Assembly: GCA_964401245.1 (NCBI GenBank)
Contig: CAYNXV010000004.1
Span: 1-48,112 of the forward strand
Length of the DNA stretch: 48,112 nucleotides
From: an uncultured Bifidobacteriales bacterium
GTDB lineage: Bacteria; Fibrobacterota; Fibrobacteria; UBA11236
Direction: 5' to 3'
Below are positions 36,259 through 46,948 of the stretch, one piece after another. The notes under the pieces were generated by a model. It saw only the letters and a list, made by a program, of their open reading frames with translations. It did not search any database and had not been told where the DNA came from. Position 1 is the stretch's first letter. Each line of letters starts with the position of its first letter. The translations under genes and the position numbers were made by a program.

Positions 36259-38016
36259 ATGGCCAAGGAAACAGCGTCGGATGTTATGATGGATATTCTG
36301 GTGGATTGGGGCGTCGAAGTCATTTTCGGTATACCCGGTGACGGTATAAACGGAATCATGGAGGCATTGAGGAAGCGCCGGGACAAGATCAAGTTCGTCC
36401 AGGTCAGGCATGAAGAGTCGGCGGCCTTCATGGCCTGCGCATACGCCAAGTTTTCGGGAAAATTAGGGGTTTGTCTGGCTACTTCGGGCCCCGGCGGCAT
36501 TCATCTGCTCAATGGATTGTACGACGCCAAGATGGACGGCCAACCCGTGTTGGCCATTACCGGTCATCATTATCACGATTTAATCGATACCCATGCCCAA
36601 CAGGATGTCCCACTTGACCGGGTTTTCATGGATGTAGCGGTGTACTCGACGCGGGTGATGAGTCCCCCCCATGTTCCCGCCGTCACCCATCTCGCCTGCC
36701 GCTATGCCCTGGCGCGCAGGGGCGTGTCGCATATCAATTTCCCCGTGGATTTGCAGGAACACTCGCTCGATTCCGGGGAACGTTCGCAGCGGAACAAACC
36801 GGGATACGCTTCGGAGGTTTATTCGCAGAAGGCGGGCCTACCCGCGGAAGCTGATCTTGACAAGGCCGCCGGCATTCTCAATTCGGGAGCAAAGGTCGTC
36901 ATACTGGCAGGTAGGGGAGCCTTCGGCGCGGGAGATGAACTGGAACGGATAGCCGATTTGCTGGGCGCGCCCATTGCCAAGGCCCTGCTGGGAAAGGCGG
37001 TGGTGCCCGATGATAGCCCCTTCACAACCGGCGCCGTGGGATTATTGGGAACGGCGCCCTCACAAGAGGCGCTGGAACATTGCGACACCTTGTTCATGGT
37101 CGGCTCCTCGTTTCCTTACATCGAATTTCTGCCCAAGCCAGGACAGGCGCGGGGAGTGCAGGTGGATATCGATCCCATCCGTATCGGCTTGCGGTACAAC
37201 ATGGAATGCGGACTGGTCGGCGATACCAAACGGACCTTGCAAGCCCTAATTCCCCGGCTGAAGCGGAAAAAAGATCGCCGCTTTTTGGAAAAAGCGCAAA
37301 AGGGAATGAAGGATTGGTGGAAGCTCATGGAGAAACGCGGCACCATGCCCGACCTTCCCATGAATCCGCAAGTGGTGGCTTGGGAATTGGGAAAGCTTCT
37401 CAAAGACGATGCCATCGTCGCTTCCGACAGCGGAACCATAGCGACCTGGTGGGCTCGCCAGATCAAGGCGCGGAAGGGACAGATGTTCTCCCTGTCGGGC
37501 ACCTTGGCCTCCATGGCCAACGGATTGCCTTACGCCATCGCGGCGCAGGTGGCTTTCCCCAAGCGGCAGGTGGTGGCTTTCGTGGGCGACGGGGGATTTT
37601 CAATGTTGATGGCGGATTTCGCCACGGCGGTGAAATACCGTCTGCCGATAAAAGTGGTGATCATCAAGAACAATTCGCTGGGCCAGATCAAATGGGAGCA
37701 GATGGTTTTCCTGGGCAATCCCGAATATGGCTGCGACCTGCATCCCATTGATTTCGTCGCCTTCGCCCGGGCCTGCGGGGGAGAAGGCTATCGGATTGAA
37801 AATCCCAAGGATTGCCGCGATATCATGCGCGAAGCGCTAAGCCGCCCGGGTCCCGTGGTGGTGGAGGCGGTTGTCGATCCGCATATTCCGCCCATGCCGG
37901 CCAAAATCAAGGCGGAACAGGCGAAACATTTCGCCGAATCCCTCGCCAAGGGAGAACCGCATGCCGGCGAGATCGTCAAATCGGTGGTTAAAAACCGCGT
38001 TCGTGAGTTGATATAG
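36259..38016 (+). CDS. poxB: Thiamine-diphosphate-dependent pyruvate oxidase/dehydrogenase (PoxB-like)
   Basis: VIFGIPGDGINGIMEAL...HEESAAFMA...ATSGPGGIHLLNGLYDA, plus the TPP motif GDGGFSMLMADFATAVKYRLPIKVVIIKNNSLGQI. It is very close to the E. coli PoxB motif as I remember it. ATG at 36259. Confidence 0.85.
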   Translation: MAKETASDVMMDILVDWGVEVIFGIPGDGINGIMEALRKRRDKIKFVQVRHEESAAFMACAYAKFSGKLGVCLATSGPGGIHLLNGLYDAKMDGQPVLAITGHHYHDLIDTHAQQDVPLDRVFMDVAVYSTRVMSPPHVPAVTHLACRYALARRGVSHINFPVDLQEHSLDSGERSQRNKPGYASEVYSQKAGLPAEADLDKAAGILNSGAKVVILAGRGAFGAGDELERIADLLGAPIAKALLGKAVVPDDSPFTTGAVGLLGTAPSQEALEHCDTLFMVGSSFPYIEFLPKPGQARGVQVDIDPIRIGLRYNMECGLVGDTKRTLQALIPRLKRKKDRRFLEKAQKGMKDWWKLMEKRGTMPDLPMNPQVVAWELGKLLKDDAIVASDSGTIATWWARQIKARKGQMFSLSGTLASMANGLPYAIAAQVAFPKRQVVAFVGDGGFSMLMADFATAVKYRLPIKVVIIKNNSLGQIKWEQMVFLGNPEYGCDLHPIDFVAFARACGGEGYRIENPKDCRDIMREALSRPGPVVVEAVVDPHIPPMPAKIKAEQAKHFAESLAKGEPHAGEIVKSVVKNRVRELI

Positions 38017-38079
38017 GCATCCATTTTCACCACGCAATTCGAAGCGAACAAGCGCAAGTTAAATGGAGAGGGACGAGTC

Positions 38080-39072
38080 ATGTCGATCACCAACGAAATC
38101 ATAGTCATAACCGGAGGGACCGCCGGTGTCGGCCGGGCTACGGCCCGCCGCTTCGCCGGCGCGGGTCCCTGCCGCATCGCCCTGCTTTCGCGGGGCCGGG
38201 AAAGATTGGAAGCCACCCGCAAGGAGCTGGAGCTGAGGGGCGCCGAAGTCATGACCTTTCCCACCGATGTGGCCGACGCGGCCCAGGTGGAAGCCGCCGC
38301 GACGGAAGTCGAGAAAAAATGGGGCAGCATCGACATCTGGATCAACAACGCCATGACCTCGGTGTTTTCCTTTTCCTGGGACATGGACCCCGAAGAGTAT
38401 TTGCGCGTGATGCAGGTAACCTACCTGGGATACGTGCACGGGACCCTTTCGGCTCTGCGCCGGATGAGGCCCCTCAATCGGGGGAAAATCATCCAGGTCG
38501 GATCCGCCTTGGCCTATAGGGGCATTCCGTTGCAATCGGCCTATTGCGCGGCGAAACACGCTATTGTCGGCTTCACCGAATCGGTGCGCACCGAATTGAT
38601 GCACGAAAGGAGCGGGGTGAAATTGAGCATGGTGCATTTGCCCGCCGTCAACACCCCGCAATTCAATTGGGTGAAATCGCGTATGCCGCGAAAAGCCCAG
38701 CCCGTGCCTCCTATATACCAGCCCGAGGTTCCGGCGGAGGCCATCCACTGGGCCGCCCACCATAACCGCAGGGAATTGCTGGTGGGAGCCTCCACCTATT
38801 TGACCGTGATCGGAAACAAAATAGCGCCGGATATCGCGGCCCGATATCTGGCGCGCAAGGGAGTCACTTCGCAAATGACCGGGGAACCCCAGAAGGACGC
38901 CGGCCCGGAGAATCTTTGGCAACCCGTTCCGGGGGATTTCGGTTGCCATGGCGATTTCGACTCGCGATCGAAAAGGGCCAGTCCCTTACTGTGGCTATCC
39001 ACCCGAAGGAAGCGATTGGGTCTTGCTTTGCTGGGGGCGGGATTGGGAATCTGGGCGACTTTAAGGCGCTGA
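38080..39072 (+). CDS. SDR-family oxidoreductase with C-terminal hydrophobic anchor
   Basis: ITGGTAGVGRATARRFA (TGxxxGxG), NNAM, YCAAKHA (YxxxK). The C-terminal segment LGLALLGAGLGIWATL looks like a TM helix. Confidence 0.85.
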   Translation: MSITNEIIVITGGTAGVGRATARRFAGAGPCRIALLSRGRERLEATRKELELRGAEVMTFPTDVADAAQVEAAATEVEKKWGSIDIWINNAMTSVFSFSWDMDPEEYLRVMQVTYLGYVHGTLSALRRMRPLNRGKIIQVGSALAYRGIPLQSAYCAAKHAIVGFTESVRTELMHERSGVKLSMVHLPAVNTPQFNWVKSRMPRKAQPVPPIYQPEVPAEAIHWAAHHNRRELLVGASTYLTVIGNKIAPDIAARYLARKGVTSQMTGEPQKDAGPENLWQPVPGDFGCHGDFDSRSKRASPLLWLSTRRKRLGLALLGAGLGIWATLRR

Positions 39073-39101
39073 CTTCAAGGCTCAGGAGCGGAGCAAGGGG
39101 C

Positions 39102-40133
39102 TCAGGGCCAGCGCACTTGCATCGACACCTGGTACAGCGTAGTGGCCAACTCGTGGTGGATGAAGGCATAATGCACTGAAACCATCCGGTAGGATAACGA
39201 CGCTCCGGCGCTGAAAAAACCGGAGCGGAAGCCGGTTCTGGCGAAAAGCATGTTCTTGAAATTCCACTCGGCTCCCAGGCCGGGCCATTTGCCCCCTTCC
39301 GATCGTTGCTGGCTCGATAAGGTGAATCGGCTTTCCCACCGGGAAATCTCCTCTTCCCAGACGAAGGTGTAATGCCACCTGGAATCGATGGCTTCTTTCA
39401 CTTGCGATCCGCCGAACTCCTCGATTTGGGCGGTAGGCAATAATTCAAACCCGCTGGCGATGATTTTGATATTGCGGGTAGACAATCGGGTAATCGGATG
39501 ATAATCCCAGAAAAAAGTAAGCCCGATTCCCGCATCCAGATTAAGGTTCTGCGCCGTATAATCGCCGCTCCACAATTCTTCGATGAAATATTTGGCGGTT
39601 CCGCCGATATTCAGCTCCAAGGGAATGGGCCGATGGCTGATTTGGGAACGGGGAAGGCGCATGGAATAGCTGCGGGCGAAATTAAGGCCGGCCGAAGTGA
39701 CCATATTGGTAAGGAAGGTGCCGCAATCGCGGCAATTCGTGGGACGAAGGGAGGGATCGTTCATCCTTTCCTCCCGGGTGCCTCTCAACAAGGGCCTCAA
39801 TTGGATATCGTCATCCCTGATGATGGAATAATAGGCGCTGATCTGGGATTGCGAATCGAGGCTCACCGTGGCGGCGGCGTTATAGGCCCGGGCCACGGAT
39901 CCGAACAAAGGCAGCGCGTTGATTTCCAGAGCATGGATGGGCTCGTCAGGCTGCTCCGAGGGAAAGGTCAAATGCTGCGAAGGGGAGAAGGGCTGGGTAG
40001 GCATCAATCCGGCCGCGCCGTTGGAGGCGACGCTTTGACCGATGAGAAAGATATCTCCGGCGAATTCAGCCGCCCGAACTACCGGCGGTAAGCCCAGACA
40101 TAGGATCAATGCGAAAGTTGGATTTCGGGACAT
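39102..40133 (-). CDS. Hypothetical outer-membrane beta-barrel protein (possibly PorV/PorQ-like)
   Basis: Signal peptide MSRNPTFALILCLGLPPVVRAAEF, with alternating beta-strand-like segments and an aromatic-rich C-terminus. The similarity to PorV/PorQ-type barrels is only an impression. Confidence 0.5.
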   Translation of the reverse strand: MSRNPTFALILCLGLPPVVRAAEFAGDIFLIGQSVASNGAAGLMPTQPFSPSQHLTFPSEQPDEPIHALEINALPLFGSVARAYNAAATVSLDSQSQISAYYSIIRDDDIQLRPLLRGTREERMNDPSLRPTNCRDCGTFLTNMVTSAGLNFARSYSMRLPRSQISHRPIPLELNIGGTAKYFIEELWSGDYTAQNLNLDAGIGLTFFWDYHPITRLSTRNIKIIASGFELLPTAQIEEFGGSQVKEAIDSRWHYTFVWEEEISRWESRFTLSSQQRSEGGKWPGLGAEWNFKNMLFARTGFRSGFFSAGASLSYRMVSVHYAFIHHELATTLYQVSMQVRWP

Positions 40134-40159
40134 GCAAGCAACCCACGGGTTGCTTCATT

Positions 40160-41224
40160 CTAATCTACCAGGATGCCGGAAGGCAAAATGAATTTGGACG
40201 GATTCTGCGGGGTACCGTCCCTGTGCACCTCGTAGTGAAGATGAGTGCCGGTGGAACTCCCGGTGCTGCCCATATATCCCAACAAATCGTAACGCTTGAC
40301 TATCCGCCCCTTTTCGACCATGACCTTGGACATATGGGCGTATTTGGTCGTATAGCCATTCCCATGGTCCACCACCACCAACTGGCCGAAATTCCCATTG
40401 TAGCCCGCCGATTTGACCACTCCCTTGGCGCTGGCATAAATAGGCGTCCATTTGCTGTTGGCGATGTCCAGGCCTTCATGCCTGGCATTACGACCGTGAA
40501 TCGGATGGAATCGGTAGCCGTATCCGCTGGTTATCCGGCCTTTGGCGGGAATCTCCGAGGGGGTATGTTCCCAAAGCTGGAGCTTGAAGTATACCTGTTC
40601 CTTGATTTCTCCCAATCCGTTCCGGGTAAAATCGGTGCGATTCCGTATTTGCCGATGCTTGAAACTGAGGTCGGCGATTTTCTCGTAGAGGGGATTGCCT
40701 TCCGCAGCGGCTTCGGAAGGGGAGCGGCGACCTCCGATTCCGAATTGCCGGAGGTTGTCATTGGGGATATTCATTCCGTACAAGGCGCGGACCCGTGATT
40801 TGAACGATGTCAGGCTATCCAACGTAACTTCAAGCGTAGCTTGGGTTTGGATGATATCCTCCAAGTTTCTTCTTAAATGAGCGTTATGCTCGTGATGGAC
40901 TTTCAAGGATATTTTTTGATAGGCCCAATAGCCTAATTCTCCCAGGCAGAATACCAGACCCAGGGAGACCAGGGTCACCACCAATAAAAAGGTATTCCGT
41001 AGGCTTTTATTAAGAGGTACGAAATGCGATTTGCTGCGGGGATTCCATTGGAAGGAGATGAGATAGTCCTTACCCACCGCCGTTTGGAATAACTTGGCGA
41101 ATAGGGTTTCCGAAAGTGGATGCTTTGATCCCATTCGTGATAGACTCTCCCTGTCCGAGCTCGAGGTCTTTGTAAACCTTTGCTGAACATAGCCTTGCAG
41201 AAGATCCTTCAAGGCATTCCCCAT
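40160..41224 (-). CDS. M23-family peptidoglycan metalloendopeptidase (membrane-anchored, coiled-coil N-terminus)
   Basis: HEGLDIA...GNFGQLVVVDHGNGYTTKYAHMS...GSTGSSTGTHLHYEV shows the HxxxD and HxH M23 motifs. There is one TM (LLVVTLVSLGLVFCL). Confidence 0.9.
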   Translation of the reverse strand: MGNALKDLLQGYVQQRFTKTSSSDRESLSRMGSKHPLSETLFAKLFQTAVGKDYLISFQWNPRSKSHFVPLNKSLRNTFLLVVTLVSLGLVFCLGELGYWAYQKISLKVHHEHNAHLRRNLEDIIQTQATLEVTLDSLTSFKSRVRALYGMNIPNDNLRQFGIGGRRSPSEAAAEGNPLYEKIADLSFKHRQIRNRTDFTRNGLGEIKEQVYFKLQLWEHTPSEIPAKGRITSGYGYRFHPIHGRNARHEGLDIANSKWTPIYASAKGVVKSAGYNGNFGQLVVVDHGNGYTTKYAHMSKVMVEKGRIVKRYDLLGYMGSTGSSTGTHLHYEVHRDGTPQNPSKFILPSGILVD

Positions 41225-41357
41225 TTGGCTCCGGAAAGGGAGTCACCTGTCGGAAAAGCTGATTAAGGCTTGCCCGACGGGAAATGGGTAGAGGAATTGT
41301 AAGATCCGGAAGGCTTTCGGTCAAGAAAAGGAAGGAAGTCCGGGCGGATTCCCCCGA

Positions 41358-42230
41358 TCAAATCGCTTCTTTGAGGGATTCCAGCACGCGATAGGGAATA
41401 TGCAATTGACCCGGAGCGTTTCTGCCGTCGGGACGGGGTACATGGAAATCGGTTCCGCCGGATCCCAGCAGGCTGTAGCGGGCGGCTATTTCACGGTATT
41501 TTTGACCTACGCCGTTATGCTGGCCATGGGAATAGGTTTCTATGCCTTTCAACCCGGCATCCACCATCATTTCGATGAGATCGTCGCGATTGGTTTTGGC
41601 GGGATGGGCCATTACCGGTACTCCCCCGGAATGCAGGATGAGTTGGATGGCTTCTTCGGGCGTCAATTTGACGGGGTCCAGGCCCGACATCAATTCGACG
41701 TCGCTTCCCAGATAAAGCCGGAAGGCTTCCTGGAAGTTGCTTACGTATTCTTCCTCGACAAGCAGGCCGGCGATATGCGCCCTGCCGACGCTGCCTCCCT
41801 TGGATTTCTTCATGACTTGTTCAAACGAGATTTCCAAGCCTACGGCATTCAATTTATCCACGATGGCTTGAGCCCTGGTTTCACGCTTTTTCTGCAGTTC
41901 GGTAAGGGTTTTATTGAGGCGCAAATTGGTGTGATCGAAGAAATATCCCAGGATATGGATATCGCTGCCGTCGAAAGAAGAGCTTAATTCGATGCCGGGT
42001 ATTAACTCGATGCCGAGCATTTCGGCGATTTCCCGGCCCTCCTCGAAGGAGTCCACATTGTCATGGTCGGTAATGGCCATGGCGGTTAGGCCCTGCCCAT
42101 GACAATAATGGACCAGATCCTCGACCTCAAGAGCCCCGTCCGAGAAGGTGGAATGCATGTGCAAATCCACGTACGCTCCCTCTACTTTGCGGGGGCGTTT
42201 CAGACTCGATGCAAACTTGCTCTTCTTCAT
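41358..42230 (-). CDS. PHP-domain phosphoesterase (TrpH/YciV-like)
   Basis: YVDLHMHSTFSDGA...AMAITDHDN...AHPA...GGTDFH are the metal-binding PHP motifs. Confidence 0.9.
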   Translation of the reverse strand: MKKSKFASSLKRPRKVEGAYVDLHMHSTFSDGALEVEDLVHYCHGQGLTAMAITDHDNVDSFEEGREIAEMLGIELIPGIELSSSFDGSDIHILGYFFDHTNLRLNKTLTELQKKRETRAQAIVDKLNAVGLEISFEQVMKKSKGGSVGRAHIAGLLVEEEYVSNFQEAFRLYLGSDVELMSGLDPVKLTPEEAIQLILHSGGVPVMAHPAKTNRDDLIEMMVDAGLKGIETYSHGQHNGVGQKYREIAARYSLLGSGGTDFHVPRPDGRNAPGQLHIPYRVLESLKEAI

Positions 42231-42401
42231 GACGATTCGCGAAACCTATTGTCAGTCCAGGATATACAGGCTTTACTATAATAACACAATAGAAAGGGGA
42301 AGACTATGCGAATGGGAAGTATTTTCCTCCCCGATTTGTTCCATTGAATTTCTCCTTGCCGATCCTTAAATTTGACCAAAATCCAAAACCAGGAAGTACC
42401 C

Positions 42402-43484
42402 ATGTTTTACCCCGTTATACTCGCCGGAGGCCGCGGTGAGCGATTTTGGCCCTATAGTAACAGCAAGCATCCCAAACAACTTCTCCCCCTGGTGACTAAA
42501 AAATCGATGATGGAGGATACCCTCGCTAATATTCAATATTTGCGGCGGGACACCAAAACTTTCGTCATTATCAGTCAAAATCTGGAACAGCCTACGCGCG
42601 CCCTTTTGAAAGGCCGCAAGCATGTGCAAATCGTGGCGGAACCCGAGGGAAGGAATACCGCGGCCGCCATCGCCCTGGCCGCGCGATTGATAGCCCGCGA
42701 GGATCCCCAGGGGGTCATGATCGTTTTGACCGCCGACCATGCCATTTCTCCGGGCGCCGAATTCGCCCGGGCCATGCGGGCGGCGGTTTCCATCGCCGAA
42801 GCGGGAGATTCGCTGGTGACTTTCGGTATCCGTCCCACCCGCCCCGACGTGGGCTTCGGGTATGTGGAAACCCATGGCGATTCGATGCAAGTCAACGGTT
42901 TAAGCGCCTTCAAGGTCAACCGCTTCCACGAAAAACCCAGCGAAGAATCCGCCCGGCAATATCTGGAGTCGGGCCGTTTTTTCTGGAATAGCGGAATGTT
43001 CGCCTGGCGGGTCGATTATCTCTGGGAACGCTTCCGCGTGCAATTGCCCGAGATTCATAAGGCCTTTGAAAAGGCCGGTGATTTGGGGTCGCCCAGCGGA
43101 AAAGGTTTTGCCGGAAAATTGAAAAGCCTCTATGGACGCCTTCCCGAGATTTCCATCGATTACGGCATTCTCGAAGGCGCGCCCGATATCCGCCTGGTCG
43201 TTCCGCGCTTCAACTGGGACGACATCGGTTCCTGGGCCGCCCTCGACAGACGCCACGCCGCGGATGCGGCCGGAAACCGGAAATTGGGAGACGGAGCGCT
43301 TTGGGAATGCGAAGGGGTCACGGCTTTCTCCGACTCCGGGATGATAGCCGCAATGGGAGTAAAGGACCTCCTAATCGTGCAGCACGAAGGGGTAACCTTG
43401 GTGGTGCCCAAGGATCAGGGCTCGCGGCTCAAAGAACTGGTCAAGCAGGTACAAAAGCAAAAGGCCTTGGCGAAATATCTCTAA
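42402..43484 (+). CDS. Mannose-1-phosphate guanylyltransferase (nucleotidyltransferase domain only)
   Basis: MFYPVILAGGRGERFWP...LLPL...EPEGRNTAAAIALAA...ADH...GYV...F.EKP...SG.FFWNSGMF.W. ATG at 42402 preceded by AGGAAG. Confidence 0.85.
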   Translation: MFYPVILAGGRGERFWPYSNSKHPKQLLPLVTKKSMMEDTLANIQYLRRDTKTFVIISQNLEQPTRALLKGRKHVQIVAEPEGRNTAAAIALAARLIAREDPQGVMIVLTADHAISPGAEFARAMRAAVSIAEAGDSLVTFGIRPTRPDVGFGYVETHGDSMQVNGLSAFKVNRFHEKPSEESARQYLESGRFFWNSGMFAWRVDYLWERFRVQLPEIHKAFEKAGDLGSPSGKGFAGKLKSLYGRLPEISIDYGILEGAPDIRLVVPRFNWDDIGSWAALDRRHAADAAGNRKLGDGALWECEGVTAFSDSGMIAAMGVKDLLIVQHEGVTLVVPKDQGSRLKELVKQVQKQKALAKYL

Positions 43485-44629
43485 CCGTTCGCCTGGGCTA
43501 CGGTCTGGGCGATGTATTCCACCTGCATGTTCGGCCGCAAAAACGAAGTGTCGTAATAGGCCTCCGTCGGGAGAAAAAATGCGCGGGTAGGCTGATTGCA
43601 CAGACCGGCAAGATGCAGCAACGTTCCATGCGCGCCGATGCTTGCCTGGGTTGAAGCCGCCAAAGCCAGAAATTGCCCCAGGTTTTCGATGCGCAAGGTA
43701 GGAGCCAGTTCGGCTGCCTCCGCCGGTACCGGGGCCGGGGGTAACGAAGCGACACTTGCATCGGCAAAGACAATCACCAGGGATTGGTATCCGCCCTCAC
43801 CTCCCCGATCGGCGAGACTCCTCCGTAACATCTCCATTTGCCGGGCGGTCGAAACGTCCTGCCATAGAAACAGCGCGGTTTTATCCGGGTCAAGACCCAT
43901 ACCGCGGATTTGCCCAACGGCTTTGTCGAGGGCCCCTTTTTCGGGGCGTAAGGCCTTACTCGATACCTGCAGGGGAATGCCGGCATAATTCCATAATTGG
44001 GAGGCCGATAAATAGGTGCGCAGCAAGTTGGGGGGCTGCGCCGAAAGGATGCGGATGTTCGCAAAGGGCCAACTTTCCGGCTCGAAAATATCGATGCGTA
44101 GGGGAGCGAGGCTGGTTTTAAGCAGGAAATGAATCATCGGGGAACTATTTCTCCTCAAATTGAGAGCGAAATCAAGTCCCAGACCCTGCAAGCGGTTTTT
44201 AAGCGGAGTAAAAGTCGGTTCTCCCCATAAAATCTCGTCGGAATGGAAGAAAATCAATTGCTCAGGCGAAAAAATGGCCTTCAAGAAGGGAGCATGCGAA
44301 GCATCGGCCAGCAGATAAATCTTTCTGCCTTCGAGTTTATGCTGATAGGCTTGCAACAAGGGAAGCGCGATTATCAGGTCCAGAAAGGATTCGGGAGTCG
44401 CAATCAGGATTCGCCGGCAGGTTTCCAACCCTTTGCGCAAGTCGAAAAGAGCGTTGGTTTCGGCACCTCCCGCCTTCCAAAGCAGAAATTTAAGCTGGTA
44501 GGTGGGGGATAAATGGTTTAAAATGCGGTAGGGCCATCGCCGGGCAATTCGGTGGGTAGGGATGGCTGGGTTTGACATCATCTGGCTGGAAACAAGGCTG
44601 GAAAAAGGATTCCGTTCTTGAAAAACCAC
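43481..44629 (-). CDS. Glycosyltransferase family 9 (heptosyltransferase)-like protein, divergent
   Basis: RILIATPESFLDLIIALPLLQAY and ...ASIGAHGTLLHLAGLCNQPTRAFF loosely resemble the GT9 N- and C-terminal motifs. It overlaps the manC-like stop by 4 nt on the opposite strand. Confidence 0.5.
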   Translation of the reverse strand: MVFQERNPFSSLVSSQMMSNPAIPTHRIARRWPYRILNHLSPTYQLKFLLWKAGGAETNALFDLRKGLETCRRILIATPESFLDLIIALPLLQAYQHKLEGRKIYLLADASHAPFLKAIFSPEQLIFFHSDEILWGEPTFTPLKNRLQGLGLDFALNLRRNSSPMIHFLLKTSLAPLRIDIFEPESWPFANIRILSAQPPNLLRTYLSASQLWNYAGIPLQVSSKALRPEKGALDKAVGQIRGMGLDPDKTALFLWQDVSTARQMEMLRRSLADRGGEGGYQSLVIVFADASVASLPPAPVPAEAAELAPTLRIENLGQFLALAASTQASIGAHGTLLHLAGLCNQPTRAFFLPTEAYYDTSFLRPNMQVEYIAQTVAQANG

Positions 44630-44663
44630 TTAATCGTAGCAATTCCGGCGCGGACCTGAAACC

Positions 44664-46856
44664 ATGAACCGTCTGGAAATCCTTCACTCTCTTCCGGTCC
44701 TCGCAGTAGCGGTGCTGGGAACCCATTACCTGCCCGAATTGGGCGAAGACGATTACCTGGCGGGATTCGTTTTATTGGTGGTGGCCTTGGCAGGCCTCTT
44801 TGTGTTTTTCACCCGCTCCTACCAGGGTCCCTATCGGCTCAGCTATTTGCACCAAACCGCCTGGCTTTTCGCTTTGGCCTGGCTGGGAGCCTACGTTTTG
44901 GGCGGTCCCGGCTTCCGCTTCAACCTGGCCCTGCTGTTCGCGGTAGCCGCATTGATTGGTACCTGGGCTCACCCTCTCCACTCGGTATACGTCATTCTCG
45001 CCCTGTTTTTAAGCACGGCCATTCGCGTCGCCAACGGGTTGACTCCTTTTCTGCCGGGACTGGAGGGAGGGGAGCCGGTTCAAGCCGATTATGCGGATCT
45101 GGTGAATGATATTTATCCCGTATTCAGCGTTTCCCTTTTTCAGGGATTGCTGCTGGTATTTCAAAGGCGGGTGGCGGGCAGCCCTTCCATTCCCGCACCC
45201 CGGTCCGCTCCCGTGGTCCCTCCGGTTTCGACTTTGGTAGCCGTCGCCACTCCGGGCATGGGAGAAGAAGGGGCTCCGGCTGATCCGCGACAGTCCCGGT
45301 TTTTCAGCCGGATATACCTGGAGAAGCAGGGCGAGCAGGCCATGCAAACCATCAAGGAGCGGCTCGATTCGGTGGTCTTTTTCATGAGCCGCCTGTTCCG
45401 GGCGCAGACCTCCATCGGATTTCTCCTCAACGAATCCAAGGACAAGCTGGTGTTGACCTCGGTGGTAACCAAAAGCGAGAACTTCGATTACGACTACAGC
45501 GTCGCGGTGGGGAAGGGAGTGGTAGGCGAAGCGGCGGTGAAACCCGCGGGATTTTTCACGGGAAACATGAATTCCTTCGGAACGCGGGTCGATTATTACA
45601 CCGTGCGCGAGAATATCAATTCGCTCATGGCCATGCCCATCATGCATGTCGGCGAAAAGCGGCTGCAGGGCTTGCTGCTGGTGGATTCCGAAGCCATGCG
45701 CGCCTTCAGCGACGAGCATAAGGAGCTGATGCGGCGTTTCACCCAAATCGCCTCCGACCTCATCGGATCTGCCGAGCTCAGCTACCACATGAACGAGGCC
45801 GCCAAACGGTCGGAAAATCTGTACGAAATCTCCAAAACGCTGTCGATGGGACTCAAACCCGAAGAAGTGTTCGACGCGCTCATCGAATCCCTGACTAAGG
45901 CGTTTAGGCACGATCGTCTCGTGATTTGCACCTGCAATTCCCAAACGGGCCGCGGAATGCTGTGGAAGGTGGTAGGCGACGATATGGGAATGGACATCGG
46001 AAGGGAATTCGACGTCCAGAATCAAAGCAGTGTCTATGGCAGCGTTTTCCGGAATCGCCAGGTGGCGCTTTTGGAAAATTTCCGCAGTCGCGAGGGAATG
46101 AAAAGATTCGATTGGGAAGAACCGCAGGGATTGAAACCTTCGAATCTCCTGCTGGCCCCGGTGCAGGACGACATGAAGCAGTTGTGGGCGGTGGTGGGAC
46201 TGGAATCCAACCGCGAGGGCACCTACTCCCACCCTGAGCGCCAGTTCCTGGAAACCATCATGAACACCGTGACCTCGGCCCTGAGCAAGGCTTGGATGTA
46301 CATGGAAATGGAAAAGCAGGCCACGGTGGACGGCTTGACCCAAATCGCCAACCACCGCAAATTCCAGGACACCGTCAACATCGAAATGGAGCGCTGCCGT
46401 CGCTACCAGGTGCCGTTGACCCTGCTGCTGTTGGATATCGATCATTTCAAGCAATTCAACGATACTTACGGGCATCCCGTCGGAGATCTGGTTTTGCAAA
46501 TGGTGGCCAAGGCATTGGAGGCCTCCATCCGGACCACCGATTTCTGCGCCCGATACGGCGGCGAAGAATTCGTGGTGCTGCTCACCCAAACCGACGAACA
46601 ACAAGCTCCCTTGTTGGCCGAGCGCATCCGTCAGGCCGTCGAAGCATTGGAAATCCGCAATGACGACAAGGTGCTGAGCGTAACCGTCAGCATCGGCGCG
46701 GCGGTTTATCCCCACGACGCCGAGACGAAACAGGAATTGATAGACAATGCCGACAAGGCCATGTACCGCAGCAAGGAAAACGGCCGCAACCAGGTCACCT
46801 TTTTCTCCTCGTTCAATACCCGGCGCGACCCCGTGCGTAAAAGCCTGGGCCATTGA
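44664..46856 (+). CDS. Membrane-anchored GAF-GAF-GGDEF diguanylate cyclase
   Basis: About 5 N-terminal TM helices and two GAF-like regions. GGDEF domain with DIDHFKQFNDTYGHPVGD, an active site RYGGEEF and an RxxD I-site (RTTD) five residues upstream. Confidence 0.9.
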   Translation: MNRLEILHSLPVLAVAVLGTHYLPELGEDDYLAGFVLLVVALAGLFVFFTRSYQGPYRLSYLHQTAWLFALAWLGAYVLGGPGFRFNLALLFAVAALIGTWAHPLHSVYVILALFLSTAIRVANGLTPFLPGLEGGEPVQADYADLVNDIYPVFSVSLFQGLLLVFQRRVAGSPSIPAPRSAPVVPPVSTLVAVATPGMGEEGAPADPRQSRFFSRIYLEKQGEQAMQTIKERLDSVVFFMSRLFRAQTSIGFLLNESKDKLVLTSVVTKSENFDYDYSVAVGKGVVGEAAVKPAGFFTGNMNSFGTRVDYYTVRENINSLMAMPIMHVGEKRLQGLLLVDSEAMRAFSDEHKELMRRFTQIASDLIGSAELSYHMNEAAKRSENLYEISKTLSMGLKPEEVFDALIESLTKAFRHDRLVICTCNSQTGRGMLWKVVGDDMGMDIGREFDVQNQSSVYGSVFRNRQVALLENFRSREGMKRFDWEEPQGLKPSNLLLAPVQDDMKQLWAVVGLESNREGTYSHPERQFLETIMNTVTSALSKAWMYMEMEKQATVDGLTQIANHRKFQDTVNIEMERCRRYQVPLTLLLLDIDHFKQFNDTYGHPVGDLVLQMVAKALEASIRTTDFCARYGGEEFVVLLTQTDEQQAPLLAERIRQAVEALEIRNDDKVLSVTVSIGAAVYPHDAETKQELIDNADKAMYRSKENGRNQVTFFSSFNTRRDPVRKSLGH

Positions 46857-46948
46857 TTCAAACCGGATTCCCATGGGAGCGGGGGCCCATCCTTCCCCTT
46901 TCCTCCCGATTCCTTACGCAATACCTTCGGGCTTGTTAATTTTCCCCT